Shown piece after piece: positions 61,962 through 64,000 of a DNA stretch of 64,000 nt. The position numbers and the translations under genes are program-made. Every line of letters starts with the position of its first letter. Position 1 is the stretch's first letter. The notes beneath the pieces were generated by a model. The model had not been told where the DNA came from and did no database searches. It saw nothing but the letters and a program-made list of their open reading frames with translations. Location of the stretch: contig JAUCBJ010007930.1 of assembly GCA_032718475.1 (NCBI GenBank), forward strand, positions 1 to 64,000. The letters run 5' to 3'. Source of the stretch: Nemertoderma westbladi (taxonomy: Eukaryota > Animalia > Xenacoelomorpha).

Positions 61962-63698
61962 TCACTTAAAAGCAGTATAGATCTTAGCTTTAGCAGAACC
62001 CCAAGCTTCCATCATTAATTTATGGGATTTTTTAGTTTCTAATGGATATAGGCGTCGTCGCATTTCACTCGGTAATATATTATAACAATAGGGACACAAA
62101 GGCCGCATATCTAGGTCCAGTAAAGCGTCCACCGCTGATAAATTCACATTACAGCAGCAACAGTTAAAATGTATTGTACAATATTTCTTAGCATTGAAGG
62201 ATATGACATCACCAACGATAACCTTGTTGCAATAGAAACAGATGTTACCGAACAACTTATTGTAATGGGCTTCGCAGTAAGCCAATCCGTTTCTTTCATA
62301 GAAACGATGGCCATGAAAAGGTTTCTCGCAGTAGGAGCATACAAAGTGTTCTATATGCCAGACTTTACCTAGTGCGTGAACCCGTCTATCTTCAATAGGG
62401 CGTCGGCATGCTCCACATATCGGGATGCCCATGGCATCGTGACAAGGTAGACAGTATAGCTTTCCTTTCACCTCACGAGCTGAACACGTTAACTCCACTG
62501 AACATTTGGAGCATTTGAAATGGTATGGATGATAGTGATCCCCACCGAACTTTAAACTCGGTTCTTCAATGTAAGACTGGCAGCGCAAGCAAATGAACAT
62601 ACCCTCAGACTGTTCTTTATCTCGCATATGACACTGACGGCAAAGAGCTCGATGATTAACCTTAACAAACCCAAGATCAGCTAGTTCAATCCCACAAGAG
62701 GTGCAACAGAAACATTCTGGATGCCAAGAACGATCCATGGCTCGCAGCACTCGCCCGATTACAAATTCTTTGCATTGTGCACAACATGGAGCAAAGAGGA
62801 CATGAAAATCGGTTTCGCAATATTTCCTCCCATCAAATTCAAAGTACAAACTATCAGAAAATGGCCTAAAACACTGAGCGCAAACGAAACATTCTATGTG
62901 CCACAGCTCTCCCTTGCAATTAACCATTTTTTCCTCTGCTTGGAACATTTCTCCACAACGTGTACAAGATGACACAGGCAGATCAAGCTGATGGTGTGCA
63001 CCTGCCTTATGTACCTCAACAGTGACACCACCGCGATTAGCTTCATCTAGCCTAGGAGGCAATGGGGGCGGATGTAGATCATCATCAACATCACTAACTT
63101 CGGTGAGGGTTCGAGAAATCCCAGAACGTTGAGATTCATTGGTGGCTGATCTATGTAAGTGCAAGGGTGGAAGAGCCTCCATTAATTCCCGTTGCTGCCA
63201 TACAGGTTCTGTAACTGGATCCTCTGTAAACCATTGATGTCTAACTGTTTGCGGTTGAGACATATACAATGTTTTGGTAACTATTTCCCCTTCAGGTCCT
63301 ACTTCGGCCCATTGTTTATGGACATTCATTCCCTTCGTGGTATCATTCTGGACATCATGGACAATCCTTGATTCAGAGTAGTTACTTTTCGCACCATTTG
63401 CTACTTCTAGAAAAGGTCCCACGGAATCAACACCACGCCCTAACTGAACCTTACGATGGATCTTTCGGCCATCTGGGAGGGTTTCAGTAAACTCCTGCAA
63501 TGACAAACCATCAGTTCCTGTTGGTGCACCGATCACTTGATCATTACTAAGTGGAATAGGTCCAGAGCCAGCCGCTGATGCATTATGTAATTGATACTCA
63601 TGCGACTTTATGATATTAACTCGCTGACCTGAAGAAACATCTCCAAAGTCTTGTGGCCTAATATTTAATTGGCTCTGTGTTGGGTGAGAATAATCCAT
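61962..63698 (-). CDS. PINCH: PINCH/LIMS five-LIM adaptor, copy 2 (578 aa, intronless)
   Basis: Same architecture and length as copy 1, offset by 6363 bp. Confidence 0.93.
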   Translation of the reverse strand: MDYSHPTQSQLNIRPQDFGDVSSGQRVNIIKSHEYQLHNASAAGSGPIPLSNDQVIGAPTGTDGLSLQEFTETLPDGRKIHRKVQLGRGVDSVGPFLEVANGAKSNYSESRIVHDVQNDTTKGMNVHKQWAEVGPEGEIVTKTLYMSQPQTVRHQWFTEDPVTEPVWQQRELMEALPPLHLHRSATNESQRSGISRTLTEVSDVDDDLHPPPLPPRLDEANRGGVTVEVHKAGAHHQLDLPVSSCTRCGEMFQAEEKMVNCKGELWHIECFVCAQCFRPFSDSLYFEFDGRKYCETDFHVLFAPCCAQCKEFVIGRVLRAMDRSWHPECFCCTSCGIELADLGFVKVNHRALCRQCHMRDKEQSEGMFICLRCQSYIEEPSLKFGGDHYHPYHFKCSKCSVELTCSAREVKGKLYCLPCHDAMGIPICGACRRPIEDRRVHALGKVWHIEHFVCSYCEKPFHGHRFYERNGLAYCEAHYNKLFGNICFYCNKVIVGDVISFNAKKYCTIHFNCCCCNVNLSAVDALLDLDMRPLCPYCYNILPSEMRRRLYPLETKKSHKLMMEAWGSAKAKIYTAFK

Positions 63699-64000
63699 GT
63701 TATATGAAAACGACTATCATGATACGGCTATTAATTTTCATACTAGTTTATGATAATAATAATTAATACATATAAATATTAAATAAATCAATTCTCTAGG
63801 CCTACTATATTATACGAAACTTACTTGCATTACTTGATTCACATGGTTAAAAGGAGGTGTGTGTTTCGTATCTTATACTATATTTATAATATCTAACCAT
63901 TTCCTTTGTAGAAACCTGTTACATGAACACGACGTATATTCATCAAAACGCGCAGTTCGTCACAAAATTATTTTCGAATAAAATTTTGTACTCCTTGTCA

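Overview
Eukaryotic (invertebrate animal) genomic DNA, AT-rich and repeat-dense; species not identifiable from sequence alone. From left to right: (1) the 5' half of a BEL/Pao LTR retrotransposon on the minus strand, with a frameshifted gag running off the window edge and a ~3 kb leader; (2) an intronless TRIM/RBCC gene with a 16-aa repeat tail, head-to-head with an intronless Cys-less pentameric ligand-gated ion channel that has no signal peptide; (3) a 3-exon gene missed by the ORF track for a small secreted prepro-protein with two LDLa modules; (4) a 3-exon Tudor-domain gene with an FNPQSG repeat region; (5) two tandem intronless PINCH/LIMS paralogues, near-identical except in LIM5 and the tail. 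Between them are seven non-coding minisatellite arrays (17, 31, ~43, 46, 60/69, 62 and 70 bp units, about 15 kb in total), several MITEs/DNA transposons with readable TIRs and TSDs, and LINE fragments. Most long ORFs over the arrays are artefacts. No rRNA, tRNA or CRISPR is supported. All calls come from manual reading; no database searches were run.
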